64,000 nt of DNA from an uncultured SAR86 cluster bacterium (GCA_902512655.1 CABXJR010000001.1:51896-115895); one strand, 5' to 3'. Counted from the stretch's first letter, positions 18,808 through 28,646 are shown. Made by a program: numbers and translations. Notes: a model not told the origin generated them from the letters alone.

Positions 18808-20085
18808 ATGAAAAAAATTGATTTATTGTTCCTTCTGTTAATCTCTGGCCTTACCAATGCAGATACTTTTTTGCATGTTGGAAACTTGCTAGATACGAAT
18901 AATGGAGAGATCAATAAAGCTGTAACCATTAAAATTGCAGGCAATAAAATATCTGAAATTACTAAAGGTTATGCAACACCAAAAAAGGATGATGAAGTTG
19001 TTGACTTAAAGCAATCCTATGTTTTGCCAGGGTTTATGGATATGCATGTACATTTGGCTCAAGAATATGTTCCAAAAGCAGAAAGGCAATCAAAAATTGA
19101 GCCTGAATATAGGGCACTATTTGCTGCAAATGCAGCAACAAAAACTTTAATGGCTGGGTTTACATCGGTAAGAAATCTTGGTGATGGTGGTATGGAAACT
19201 ATTTCACTCAGAGAGGCAATTAAGCAAGGTTTAGCAATTGGTCCGAGAATTTTTACATCAGGCAAAACTATCGCTACTACTGGCGGCCATGGAGATCCAA
19301 CCAATGGAATGCCAAAAGATAACTACGCACCCCCTACTCCTGAAGAAGGTGTTATCGATAGTCCAGAAGAAGCTATAAAAGCTGTAAGACAGAGATACAA
19401 GGATGGAACAGATGGAATAAAAATTACTGCTACTGGAGGTGTCTTGAGCGTTGCTAAATCTGGTGAAAACCCTCAATTCACGGATGCAGAGCTCGTTGCT
19501 ATTGTAACCACAGCCAATGATTACGGTCTATGGACAGCGGCTCACGCCCATGGAAAAGAAGGCATGAAAAGAGCTGTTATAGCAGGCATCAACTCAATAG
19601 AGCATGGAACCTATATGGATCAAGAGGTTATGGATTTAATGAAAGCTAGAGGCACCTACTATGTGCCTACTATTATGGCTGGTAATTGGGTGGCTGAAAA
19701 AGCTAAGATCCCTAATTTCTTTCCAGCACTTGTTAAACCCAAGGCAGAAAAAATTGGCCCTCAAATCCAATCAACCTTTGCTAAGGCATATAAAGCTGGT
19801 GTAAAAATAGCCTTTGGTACTGATTCGGGTGTTTCTGCACATGGAGATAATTGGCAAGAATTTATTCTCATGACAAATGCTGGGATGTCCAATAAAGATG
19901 CTTTAAAAAGCGCAACAATTGAAACCGCAAAACTCCTTAAGGTAGAAGATAAGTTGGGGCAAATAAAACCAGGGATGCTTGCAGATATAATAGCTGTACA
20001 AAAAAATCCTATTGAGGATATATCAACAGTTGATAATGTAACCTTTGTAATGAAAGATGGAGTCATCTATAAGCAAAGCTCTTAA
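18808..20085 (+). CDS. Amidohydrolase-family metallohydrolase (secreted)
   Basis: Signal peptide. PGFMDMHVHL (HxH), AHAHG, IEHG and FGTDSG are the amidohydrolase metal ligands. Confidence 0.8.
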   Translation: MKKIDLLFLLLISGLTNADTFLHVGNLLDTNNGEINKAVTIKIAGNKISEITKGYATPKKDDEVVDLKQSYVLPGFMDMHVHLAQEYVPKAERQSKIEPEYRALFAANAATKTLMAGFTSVRNLGDGGMETISLREAIKQGLAIGPRIFTSGKTIATTGGHGDPTNGMPKDNYAPPTPEEGVIDSPEEAIKAVRQRYKDGTDGIKITATGGVLSVAKSGENPQFTDAELVAIVTTANDYGLWTAAHAHGKEGMKRAVIAGINSIEHGTYMDQEVMDLMKARGTYYVPTIMAGNWVAEKAKIPNFFPALVKPKAEKIGPQIQSTFAKAYKAGVKIAFGTDSGVSAHGDNWQEFILMTNAGMSNKDALKSATIETAKLLKVEDKLGQIKPGMLADIIAVQKNPIEDISTVDNVTFVMKDGVIYKQSS

Positions 20086-20131
20086 CAATGATTTATAGGT
20101 CTAAGATTATCATCTTGGAACCTGGTATGAC

Positions 20132-21631
20132 ATGAAGCAAATTGGATTAATATTCCCAGACGATTTATCAACTAATAATAAAGTTCTCTCAATTATCAAA
20201 GGCTCAGATCCATTGCTGCTATATGAGCCCTGCGATACTTTTTATCAACTTAAACATCACAAGCATAAGTTAGTATTTCTTTTATCAGCTTTACGGCACC
20301 GGAAAAAAAATTTACAAAAAGATTTTAAAAATATTATCCATATAAAAATTACTAAAGATAGAAAGATTGATCTGATGCATGAGCTAGAAACTTTGCATAA
20401 AAAAATTGACTTTAATCTGCTGCATGTCACTCAACCAAGTGATCACGGCATCTTGACTCAACTTATCTTTTTTGGATCCAAGCATAATATTGAAATTAAG
20501 ATTCATCCAGATACGAAGTTCATTGATTCGATTGAAGGTTTTTTTGAATGGTCCAAAGATAAAAATTCTCTTGTTCAAGAATACTATTATCGCTGGTTAA
20601 GGAAAAAATATAGTCTCCTCATGGAGGGAAATAAGCCGCTAGGTGGAAAGTGGAATTTTGATAAAGAAAATCAGAAAAGCATCTTACAGTTAAAAGAACG
20701 GCCAGAGCTGAGGAGAAAACTTAAATCAGATGAGTTAACAATATTAACAATGGTTGATGTTGAGAATTGCTTTCCAGATTCAGCAGGAAATTTAGAAAAT
20801 TTTAATTGGGCGGTAACTCATGGTGAGGCTAGGAAACAATTGAAGAATTTTTTAGATAATTATTTTCAATCATTTGGTGATTTTCAAGATGCAATCGATA
20901 AAGAAAATACCACTCTCTTTCACTCACTGCTCTCTCCATATATAAATTCTGGATTACTAGATCCAATGGAATGCATAGTTGATGCTATTAGTCACTTCAA
21001 TAAAAAAGAACATGAGATACCAATAAATGCATTAGAAGGCTTTGTCAGACAAATTCTTGGCTGGAGAGAGTTTATTAGAGGAGTCTACTGGCAGAACATG
21101 CCACAATACAAAGAAATGAACTTTTGGTCTCATAGTAATAGCCTAAACGAAAATTGGTATTCAGGCGAAACTGGAATTCCTTTGCTTGATGATGCAATTA
21201 AAGAATCTGCAAATACTGGCTATACTCATCATATTAATAGGCTAATGATAATTTCTAATTTAATGAATCTATCAAATATCAAACCAAATGAAATGTATAA
21301 ATGGTTTATGGAAATGTACGTCGACTCAGCAGACTGGGTCATGGTTCCAAATGTATATGGAATGGGTACATATGCTGACGGAGGAATATTTTCAACTAAA
21401 CCCTATATCTGTGGATCAAGTTACATGCTCAGAATGTCAAATTATAAAAAAGGTGAATGGTGTGATGAAGTGGATGGTCTATATTGGAGGTTTATAGAAA
21501 ATAATAGAGAGTTTTTTGCTAAAAATCCTAGACTAGGATTGATGCTAAAGTCCCTTGATAGAATGAATGAAGATAGAAAGATCAAAATTTATAGAGCAGC
21601 TGACGCATTCATTGATAGGAATATTGCCTAA
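20132..21631 (+). CDS. Cryptochrome/photolyase-related protein (COG3046, PhrB/CryB-like)
   Basis: N-terminus LIFPDDLS, GGKWNFDKEN, GWREFIRGVYW, HHINRLMIISNL and KPYICGSSYMLRMSNY resemble the (6-4)-photolyase-related bacterial class. Confidence 0.75.
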   Translation: MKQIGLIFPDDLSTNNKVLSIIKGSDPLLLYEPCDTFYQLKHHKHKLVFLLSALRHRKKNLQKDFKNIIHIKITKDRKIDLMHELETLHKKIDFNLLHVTQPSDHGILTQLIFFGSKHNIEIKIHPDTKFIDSIEGFFEWSKDKNSLVQEYYYRWLRKKYSLLMEGNKPLGGKWNFDKENQKSILQLKERPELRRKLKSDELTILTMVDVENCFPDSAGNLENFNWAVTHGEARKQLKNFLDNYFQSFGDFQDAIDKENTTLFHSLLSPYINSGLLDPMECIVDAISHFNKKEHEIPINALEGFVRQILGWREFIRGVYWQNMPQYKEMNFWSHSNSLNENWYSGETGIPLLDDAIKESANTGYTHHINRLMIISNLMNLSNIKPNEMYKWFMEMYVDSADWVMVPNVYGMGTYADGGIFSTKPYICGSSYMLRMSNYKKGEWCDEVDGLYWRFIENNREFFAKNPRLGLMLKSLDRMNEDRKIKIYRAADAFIDRNIA

Positions 21632-22470
21632 AGATCTTCTAGCAAAAACTCAGATGCAGCTAAACTCATACCCGCATTATCATGAGCAATACTAGGAACA
21701 GTCTGATATCTCCATCGAAATGGAAGATCTTTTTCTACTCCAAGTTTTATCAAATCGTTAAAAAAATTAGTTCCTCGTTCAAATCGGTGCTTGCCTTGTT
21801 TTTTTGCTTTGCGCATAGAGGGCAGTGAATGATGCTTGGGATCATTATCAGCATCACCTAGAAAGACCCCTCCTTTTAGCCGAAGAAACCACTCAAGTCT
21901 TTCATTGGAAACATTCATATTTTTAATACCAAATGGATAAGAAATACGATCATCTACAAAAGTATAAAATCCTGCATTTGCCATAGCTGCTTTTTCAACC
22001 CTTGTTTCATCACTTAGTAAAAGATACCTATGAACAAATTGAGATCCTCCAGAGTGACCGTATAACCTAAAAGATGTAGTTGAGAGTTTTAATTTAGCTT
22101 TAAAATAATCAAAAAGCAGTCCTAGAGAATCAGTTAAGTAAAGTGATTCATTTTTTAGAAGCTTACCTTTTTGCGTGCTCATCATTAGGTATATGTACTC
22201 AGGATAAAATTCTTCAGAAAATTCTGGAGCAATTAGAACCGCATTTCTGTTATTTACTATTGGTAGCCAGTCATTTAAATATTTTTTAGCTATTCTTGAT
22301 GCGCCATGCATGATAAAAATAATTTTTGTATTAGCGTTTATAGAATCTGGCATTGAATAAAAAATCTTTGCATCAGGTTTATCCCAATACGAAAAAGTAG
22401 TTTCTTCTATTTGCCGAGCAAATAACTCACAGGTAAAGAGAATTAAGAAAAATAGAAATAATTGTTTCAT
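21628..22470 (-). CDS. Secreted alpha/beta hydrolase (esterase/depolymerase-like)
   Basis: Signal peptide MKQLFLFFLILFTCELFA. Nucleophile elbow LYGHSGGSQF (GxSxG). Confidence 0.65.
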   Translation of the reverse strand: MKQLFLFFLILFTCELFARQIEETTFSYWDKPDAKIFYSMPDSINANTKIIFIMHGASRIAKKYLNDWLPIVNNRNAVLIAPEFSEEFYPEYIYLMMSTQKGKLLKNESLYLTDSLGLLFDYFKAKLKLSTTSFRLYGHSGGSQFVHRYLLLSDETRVEKAAMANAGFYTFVDDRISYPFGIKNMNVSNERLEWFLRLKGGVFLGDADNDPKHHSLPSMRKAKKQGKHRFERGTNFFNDLIKLGVEKDLPFRWRYQTVPSIAHDNAGMSLAASEFLLEDL

Positions 22471-24104
22471 TAATGTGGATGAGTTTCAGGTTTTTCTGGA
22501 GCTTTGCATCTTCCACGTTCCCAATCCCCAGGCTTACAATCATAAACTATTCTTCCATGATCCTTGATTAAATAATCTAGTATCTGGTGAGCGTGAGCGC
22601 CAAAACCCAATGATGCATCTTCTTGTAGCTCTTCAATGGGTATAGTGTAACTGGTCCAATCTTTTGGGGCCCTCCATCCTGGAGGAGGAACTAATTGAGC
22701 TCTAACACCTGAAATAGGATGCAGAGCTCGCCACTCTCTAATCTTGTTAGCCATAATTTCAACTAACTTTGGATATTCATCTGCTAAATTATTATATTCA
22801 TTTGGATCAACGGTGATATCAAATAATTTATTTTCTACATTAATCTCTAGCAATGAACTTGTTATAACTTGAACTAACTTCCATTTATCATTAAAAACCG
22901 TTGTGTGAAATTCTCCATAATTAGGAGTCTCGGAGGCAAAAAAAACTTCTTTATTAAGCTTTACATCTTTTCCATTTTTTATTGCGGGCCACATATTTCT
23001 TCCCCAAATTTCTTTTGTATTCAACATCGCTATTCCAGAAGCACTTGCAAGGGTTGGAAAAACATCCATTACGGTCATTATTGATTCAAAGTTTTTTCCA
23101 GCTTCTAGCTTACCTTTCCACTTCATGGCGGCTATCACTCTGATTCCTCCCTCATATGTATCTCCTTTACCTCCGCGTAATGGAAAGTTATCAGCCCCCC
23201 CGCCAGCATAGGCAGCTCCTCCATTATCGCTGCTAAATAATATTAAGGTCTCCTCTTCAATACCTTCAGTTACTAAGGTATTTAATACTTGACCTATCGC
23301 CTGATCTAAAGCATCGACAACAGCAGCATAAATAGGTCTTGCGCTAGGAAGAAAGCCACCCAATGTTCTAGTGCGATCAATTGCAACGCTTCTTGTAAGC
23401 TCTCTAGTATCTTCTAAATTTTTATATTTTTGGACAAGATCATCCGGAGCTTCTAAAGGAGTATGAGGTGCAATAAATGGCATGTATAGAAAAAAAGGTT
23501 TTTCTTTATCTCTGGCTTCAATCCACCTAGAAGCCTCATCTGCTAAAAGAAATGTTTCATAGCCTTCATCTGAAATAGTTACGCCATTTCTCTGAAAATC
23601 AATTCCTCCTTGATTTGCAAATGGCGGGAAATATCCTACCTCTGTATGCATATGGCCATAAAAATTTTCAAAACCTCTTGCATTGGGATGGAATATCTCT
23701 TGAGAGTGGCCTAAATGCCATTTGCCAACCATGGCAGTTTGATAGCCTGACGCTTTGAATGATTCTGGCATAAAATGCTCATCTGGATGAACTCCATTAT
23801 TCATCCAGGGCATGACAACAGAATATGAGATACCTAACCTCAATGGGTCACGCCCTGTCATTAAAGCTGCCCTGGTTGGGCTACATATAGGAGTTGTATA
23901 AAATCTACCTAAAGTTAAACCCTCTGTAAATAATGAGTCTATTGCTGGGGTATCAATGGGAGCGCCTCTTAATGAAATATCAGCCCAGCCTAAATCGTCG
24001 ACTAAAAATATAATTACATTCGGCCTTTTTTCTTCTGCATTGGTAATAGCGCTAAAGGTGATCAGCCAGATAAGAAATAGTTTAAAAATCATACTCATCT
24101 CCAT
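22470..24104 (-). CDS. Cys-type sulfatase (arylsulfatase family), secreted
   Basis: VIIFLVDDLGW, formylglycine motif CSPTRAALMTGR, GKWHLG, SDNGG. Signal peptide present. Confidence 0.9.
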   Translation of the reverse strand: MEMSMIFKLFLIWLITFSAITNAEEKRPNVIIFLVDDLGWADISLRGAPIDTPAIDSLFTEGLTLGRFYTTPICSPTRAALMTGRDPLRLGISYSVVMPWMNNGVHPDEHFMPESFKASGYQTAMVGKWHLGHSQEIFHPNARGFENFYGHMHTEVGYFPPFANQGGIDFQRNGVTISDEGYETFLLADEASRWIEARDKEKPFFLYMPFIAPHTPLEAPDDLVQKYKNLEDTRELTRSVAIDRTRTLGGFLPSARPIYAAVVDALDQAIGQVLNTLVTEGIEEETLILFSSDNGGAAYAGGGADNFPLRGGKGDTYEGGIRVIAAMKWKGKLEAGKNFESIMTVMDVFPTLASASGIAMLNTKEIWGRNMWPAIKNGKDVKLNKEVFFASETPNYGEFHTTVFNDKWKLVQVITSSLLEINVENKLFDITVDPNEYNNLADEYPKLVEIMANKIREWRALHPISGVRAQLVPPPGWRAPKDWTSYTIPIEELQEDASLGFGAHAHQILDYLIKDHGRIVYDCKPGDWERGRCKAPEKPETHPH

Positions 24105-25956
24105 TAAAATTATTTGTCCAATTCCAATATTCTACCAATCTCCATGGAGATGTGGTGACAACCTTACCTTTTGAATTTTGATACCAACTTGAGACTTTTG
24201 GATGTTGCCAGACCATTTTACTATGCCTCTTTTCAAAGCTGTTTTGATATTGATTTTCAATCTCAGGCTTAACACTAATTTTTTTTAGATTACGCTCAAT
24301 CATATGCTCAAGTGCTGAGCAAATATAATTAATTTGGCATTCAGAATTAAAGATTATACTTCCTGCATGAGCAAGATTAGTGCCTGGACCATACATAGAA
24401 AAAAAATTTGGTATTGATGAAAACGTAATTCCTAAATAGGATTTGGGCGAATCTTCATAAATCTCATGAAAGCATCCTGAGCCTCCATCGATATTAATTG
24501 GATGAAAAAAATCTTGCGCTTTGAAACCAGTAGCAAAAATTATCGTATCAAACTCAAGTTCTTTTTTAGAAGTAACGATTCCTTTAGCATTCATACATTC
24601 AACTCCTTCTGGAAGCAAGGTGACGTTTGGAAGATGTAGTGCACTCAACCATGCACCATTATCTTGCAACATTCGCTTGCCAAAAGGGGGATAATTTGGA
24701 ATGACCTTTTCAACAAGAGATTGATCATAAATTTGCATTAGCATAGCTTCTGTAAACAACTCTCTCATCGCATCATTTTCTTTATTAATAGAATCATCTC
24801 TTTCATTCCAAGCCGGATCAATAAAGAGTGAGTTAAGAAGCTGATCTGAACCAGGATAGAAGAGTAAGAACCTGTACCATCTTGAATAGAAAGGTAAATT
24901 TTCTAACAACCATTTTTTTCCCTCATCAACCTCCTCATGATATTTGGGATTTGGAAACATCCAGGGGGGTGATCGTTGAAAAATTGTTAATTCTTCACAA
25001 GAATTTGCAATGCTTGGAACTATTTGAAAGGCGCTTGCGCCACTTCCAACTACAGCAACTTTTTTGCCAGAGATAACATCATAATCTGGCCATTGTGCAG
25101 AATGAAACATATCGCCTTGAAATTCATCTAAATCTTTAATTTCTGGAACTTTAGGTTGGTTCAGCTGACCCACGCAAGAGATGACGATATTTACCACTTC
25201 CTTATTTATATTCCCATTACATATTGATTCCACATCCCATGATTTAGTTAATTCATCAAATTTCATGTTTGTTACTTGGGTTTCAAAATAGGTATGCCGC
25301 TGAATATCATATTTATCAAAACATTTCCTAAAATAATTTAATAATTCTGGTTGTTGCGAGAAATGTTCTGACCACTGGTGGTTTTCTTCAAATGAATAAG
25401 AATAAAAATGATTTGCAATATCAACTCGAGATCCTGGATATTTGTTTTCATACCAAGTGCCACCAAGGTCAATATTCTTTTCATAAATTTTAAATTTAAT
25501 GCCTCTTTCAGCTAATTTAATAGCAGCAAGAATTCCAGACATCCCTGCACCAATGATCAGTACCTCTAGGCTTGATTTTGTATTTTTAAGATTTAACTTT
25601 GAGTCTTGAGAATTAATGTTTAAATCTCTCAACATCATGGGAATATAATCTGATGTAACTCTCTCGCCCACTATAAAATCCATCATCTCATTAAGTTCTT
25701 CATTGCTGGGAATGTATAGATCTTCAATCTGAGAGTTAGAAAAAAATTTATCAATCTCGTTGAGGGCTATTTGTTTAATTATTTTCTTGTCTTGATTGGA
25801 TAAAAATCCCTGAATTTCTCCTAAAACAGCTTGATTAGGCTTGGGTAATTTATCTAATATTGAAATATCTCCTGTAAAATGAACTAACAATGCTGCTACA
25901 ACAGGAAAACTGGCTGAGTCCAACGCCTTATCTAGAGTGTGCTTGCTAATATTCAC
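24082..25956 (-). CDS. Baeyer-Villiger-type flavin monooxygenase with about 130-aa N-terminal extension
   Basis: FAD Rossmann motif VLIIGAGMSGILAA, BVMO fingerprint FQGDMFHSAQWP (FxGxxxHxxxWP), second Rossmann motif VAVVGSGASA. Confidence 0.85.
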   Translation of the reverse strand: MNISKHTLDKALDSASFPVVAALLVHFTGDISILDKLPKPNQAVLGEIQGFLSNQDKKIIKQIALNEIDKFFSNSQIEDLYIPSNEELNEMMDFIVGERVTSDYIPMMLRDLNINSQDSKLNLKNTKSSLEVLIIGAGMSGILAAIKLAERGIKFKIYEKNIDLGGTWYENKYPGSRVDIANHFYSYSFEENHQWSEHFSQQPELLNYFRKCFDKYDIQRHTYFETQVTNMKFDELTKSWDVESICNGNINKEVVNIVISCVGQLNQPKVPEIKDLDEFQGDMFHSAQWPDYDVISGKKVAVVGSGASAFQIVPSIANSCEELTIFQRSPPWMFPNPKYHEEVDEGKKWLLENLPFYSRWYRFLLFYPGSDQLLNSLFIDPAWNERDDSINKENDAMRELFTEAMLMQIYDQSLVEKVIPNYPPFGKRMLQDNGAWLSALHLPNVTLLPEGVECMNAKGIVTSKKELEFDTIIFATGFKAQDFFHPINIDGGSGCFHEIYEDSPKSYLGITFSSIPNFFSMYGPGTNLAHAGSIIFNSECQINYICSALEHMIERNLKKISVKPEIENQYQNSFEKRHSKMVWQHPKVSSWYQNSKGKVVTTSPWRLVEYWNWTNNFNGDEYDF

Positions 25957-26008
25957 ATTAATTTAATTATGCACTCAAAAACATTTAGATATATAACGAA
26001 AATTTAAA

Positions 26009-27115
26009 ATGTCTCAATATTTAGAAATAATTGAAAAAATTCACTCATCTCCATATAGATTTGTTTTGGTTTCAAGTGGTGGCGGAACTAATGCAATTTC
26101 AGAAGTCTTAAAAGTTCCTGGAGCAAGTAAATCAGTTTTAGAGGCATATGTGCCCTATGCCAAGGAATCCTTAGATTATTATCTGCTCAAACAGCCCGAT
26201 CATTACTGCAGTCTAAGCACTACTCTAAGTATGGCTGCAAAGGCCTATAGCGCAGCTAAAAAAATTGATCCGAATATAAACCCTAAAAATCTATTAGGTG
26301 TTGCAGTTACTGCTTCTCTAGCAACAAATTACTCAAAAAAAGGAGAGCATAAATTTTTTATCGCTATACAAACTTATAAATATTCCTCCAGCTTATCTTA
26401 TTCATTTGTAAAGGGAGAGCTAACTCGGGAAGAAGAAGAGCAGATAGTGACTCACCATATAATTAACGCAATTGCTCAATCATGCGAAGTTCAAAACAAC
26501 ATAATATCTGAAAGTTCATCTCTGAAAATTAAGACCGTTAAAGCTGAAAAAAGTTGGATTAAATTGATCGATAGTAAGATTGACTTCGTATCATCATCAA
26601 ATCGTATTCCTGAATTAATTTTTCCTGGATCATTCAACCCTTTTCATTCTGGGCATAACTCTATGAGCGAATTAGCTGAGAAAAAAACTGGATTGGGTCT
26701 TGCATATGAGATATGTATTCAAAATGCAGACAAGCCTCCGCTTTCATATCATGAAATTGAAAAAACACTTAATCAGTTTAATGATGGGCACGAATGGGTA
26801 TTAACCAAAGCAGGAAAATTTACTGATAAGGCGGCTCTATTTCCAAATTCTGTTTTTATTATTGGTACAGATACGTTAACAAGAATATTAGATGAGAAAT
26901 TTTATCTAAATCGTCAAGATATGCTCAATCAGTTAGATTTATTTAATAGCCATAACATCAATTTCTTGGTGTTTGGACGCAAAATTCAGAAAAACTTTAT
27001 TAGCCTTGACTCTGTCACGATACCTGAACATATAGCTAAAAGATTTTCTGGATTTGACGAAGAAATTTTTAGAGATGATATTTCTTCAACCTTGATCAGA
27101 AAAGAACAAGAGTAA
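26009..27115 (+). CDS. Fusion protein: CinA-C/PncC-like N-domain plus HxGH nucleotidyltransferase (NMN/NaMN adenylyltransferase-like) C-domain
   Basis: N-terminal VSSGGGTNAISEVLKVPGASKSVLEAYVPY resembles the CinA C-terminal domain. C-terminal FPGSFNPFHSGH is the (T/H)xGH nucleotidyltransferase motif, with ISSTLIR near the end. Confidence 0.5.
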   Translation: MSQYLEIIEKIHSSPYRFVLVSSGGGTNAISEVLKVPGASKSVLEAYVPYAKESLDYYLLKQPDHYCSLSTTLSMAAKAYSAAKKIDPNINPKNLLGVAVTASLATNYSKKGEHKFFIAIQTYKYSSSLSYSFVKGELTREEEEQIVTHHIINAIAQSCEVQNNIISESSSLKIKTVKAEKSWIKLIDSKIDFVSSSNRIPELIFPGSFNPFHSGHNSMSELAEKKTGLGLAYEICIQNADKPPLSYHEIEKTLNQFNDGHEWVLTKAGKFTDKAALFPNSVFIIGTDTLTRILDEKFYLNRQDMLNQLDLFNSHNINFLVFGRKIQKNFISLDSVTIPEHIAKRFSGFDEEIFRDDISSTLIRKEQE

Positions 27116-27175
27116 AATCTGTAAAAATAGGTATACTAATTTTAGTTTGCTTATTTATAAAACTGGGGAGTTTTT

Positions 27176-28318
27176 ATGAAGGGTTTCTTACCCAAAAAAG
27201 CGCCGGCTACTTCATTCTCAATTGAATCTAAATCTTGTTCAAGAATAGAAGAAATATGTAACAACCTGCCAAAATTATTATTGACTGGAAAAGTTCAGCA
27301 AACAATTAATAAGCTTTCTAAGAAAGACTTATCCATTAAGCAACTATTGGTTAATCAAATGGGGCAGGACTTAAAACTTGCGATGTCTCAACTGAGTTTT
27401 ATTGCTCATGCATACATCTGGGGTGATATTAAACCTAATGGTAAACTGCCAGAAGCCCTTGCAAAGCCATGGGTTGAAGTTGCCAAACATCAAGGAAGAC
27501 CTCCAATTTTAAGTTATGCAAGTTATTGTTTAGATAATTGGTTTTTAATAAATCAAGATGAAGGAATATCTTTAGAGAATGTTGGCTTGATAAATAACTT
27601 TTTAGGTGGAGTTGATGAGGATTGGTTTGTGACAATTCATGTTTGTATAGAAGATGCTGCCTCAGGAGCCATAGAAGCCTGCAAAAAAATATCTCAATGT
27701 GATAAAAATTCATCTGAAAAAGAAATATTAAAATTATTAAAACAAATAGTAGATTCAATGCAAAAAGTTAATTCAATTTTTGCAAGAATGCCTGAGAAAT
27801 GCGATCCATATATTTACTATCATCGTGTGCGCCCATTTATTTTTGGTACGAAAGATAACCCTGATCTTAAAAAAGGTCTTATATATGAAGGTCAGTTTGA
27901 TAATAAACCCCAATTTTATAGAGGGGAAACAGGGGCTCAAAGCGGCATCATTCCATCTTTAGATGGCGCATTGCAAATTTCACATACAAAAGATCATCTA
28001 AGACATTACTTAAATGAGATGAGGGATTATATGCCCCCTAAACATCGCAACTTTATTGCCTCACTTGAAAAAACCTCAATGATTAAAAATCTTTTACAAA
28101 ATTCTAAGAAACTTACTGATAAATACAATGACTGCCTTGAAGAAATCAGAGTATTCAGAGCAATGCATCTTGAATATGCAGGGACCTACATTCACAAGCA
28201 ATCTCAAATTAAAAATCCTTTTGGCAGAGGTGGCTCTTCAATCACGGGAACTGGCGGGACTCCTTTTATGACCTACCTAAAAAAGCATCGGGATGAAACG
28301 GAGCAACAGAAGAAATAA
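27176..28318 (+). CDS. Indoleamine 2,3-dioxygenase family protein
   Basis: Block-wise match to my memory of human IDO1: LIYEGQFDNKPQFYRGETGAQSGIIPSLD (vs [28 protein letters not shown]), YLNEMRDYMPPKHRNFI (vs FLQDMRRYMPPAHRNFL), and GTGGTPFMTYLK (vs GTGGTDLMNFLK). Confidence 0.8.
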   Translation: MKGFLPKKAPATSFSIESKSCSRIEEICNNLPKLLLTGKVQQTINKLSKKDLSIKQLLVNQMGQDLKLAMSQLSFIAHAYIWGDIKPNGKLPEALAKPWVEVAKHQGRPPILSYASYCLDNWFLINQDEGISLENVGLINNFLGGVDEDWFVTIHVCIEDAASGAIEACKKISQCDKNSSEKEILKLLKQIVDSMQKVNSIFARMPEKCDPYIYYHRVRPFIFGTKDNPDLKKGLIYEGQFDNKPQFYRGETGAQSGIIPSLDGALQISHTKDHLRHYLNEMRDYMPPKHRNFIASLEKTSMIKNLLQNSKKLTDKYNDCLEEIRVFRAMHLEYAGTYIHKQSQIKNPFGRGGSSITGTGGTPFMTYLKKHRDETEQQKK

Positions 28319-28323
28319 AGAGA

Positions 28324-28527
28324 TTACTTGCTGTGAGGCGGCAGTTTAGCTTCAATAAACCACTCGTGGATTTGCTTGGCAGGATTAAATTTTTTTAATC
28401 TAAGCTTTTGATTTTCAATAACAAGCTTCTTTGTTTTAATAGCCAAGTAATGATAAGTGTGGCTGTCCCTTGATTCACTCTCGGGAATTAAGTAAACCTT
28501 AGTCTGTTTTTTTTTGCTGTCTGCCAT
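28324..28527 (-). CDS. Divergent ribosomal protein L33-like protein (Cys-less)
   Basis: The C-terminal KLRLKKFNPAKQIHEWFIEAKL aligns with E. coli L33 [22 protein letters not shown]. I prefer the MADSKKK start (28527) to the track start (28566). Confidence 0.45.
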   Translation of the reverse strand: MADSKKKQTKVYLIPESESRDSHTYHYLAIKTKKLVIENQKLRLKKFNPAKQIHEWFIEAKLPPHSK

Positions 28528-28646
28528 AATGATGGTGATTATACCGAAATCATTACAATTTCCCATGAATTTTGCAAAAAATCATATGAAATATCTATGT
28601 TATTAGTGCGCTATTTGCCCTAAAATTAGGCTCTTAAAAAAATTCC

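Noticed and set aside
28588-28606. GAAATATCTATGTTATTAG upstream of the L33-like gene, considered as a Zur box
   Set aside because: Poor dyad symmetry, with only a partial match to GAAATGTTATAnTATAACATTTC.
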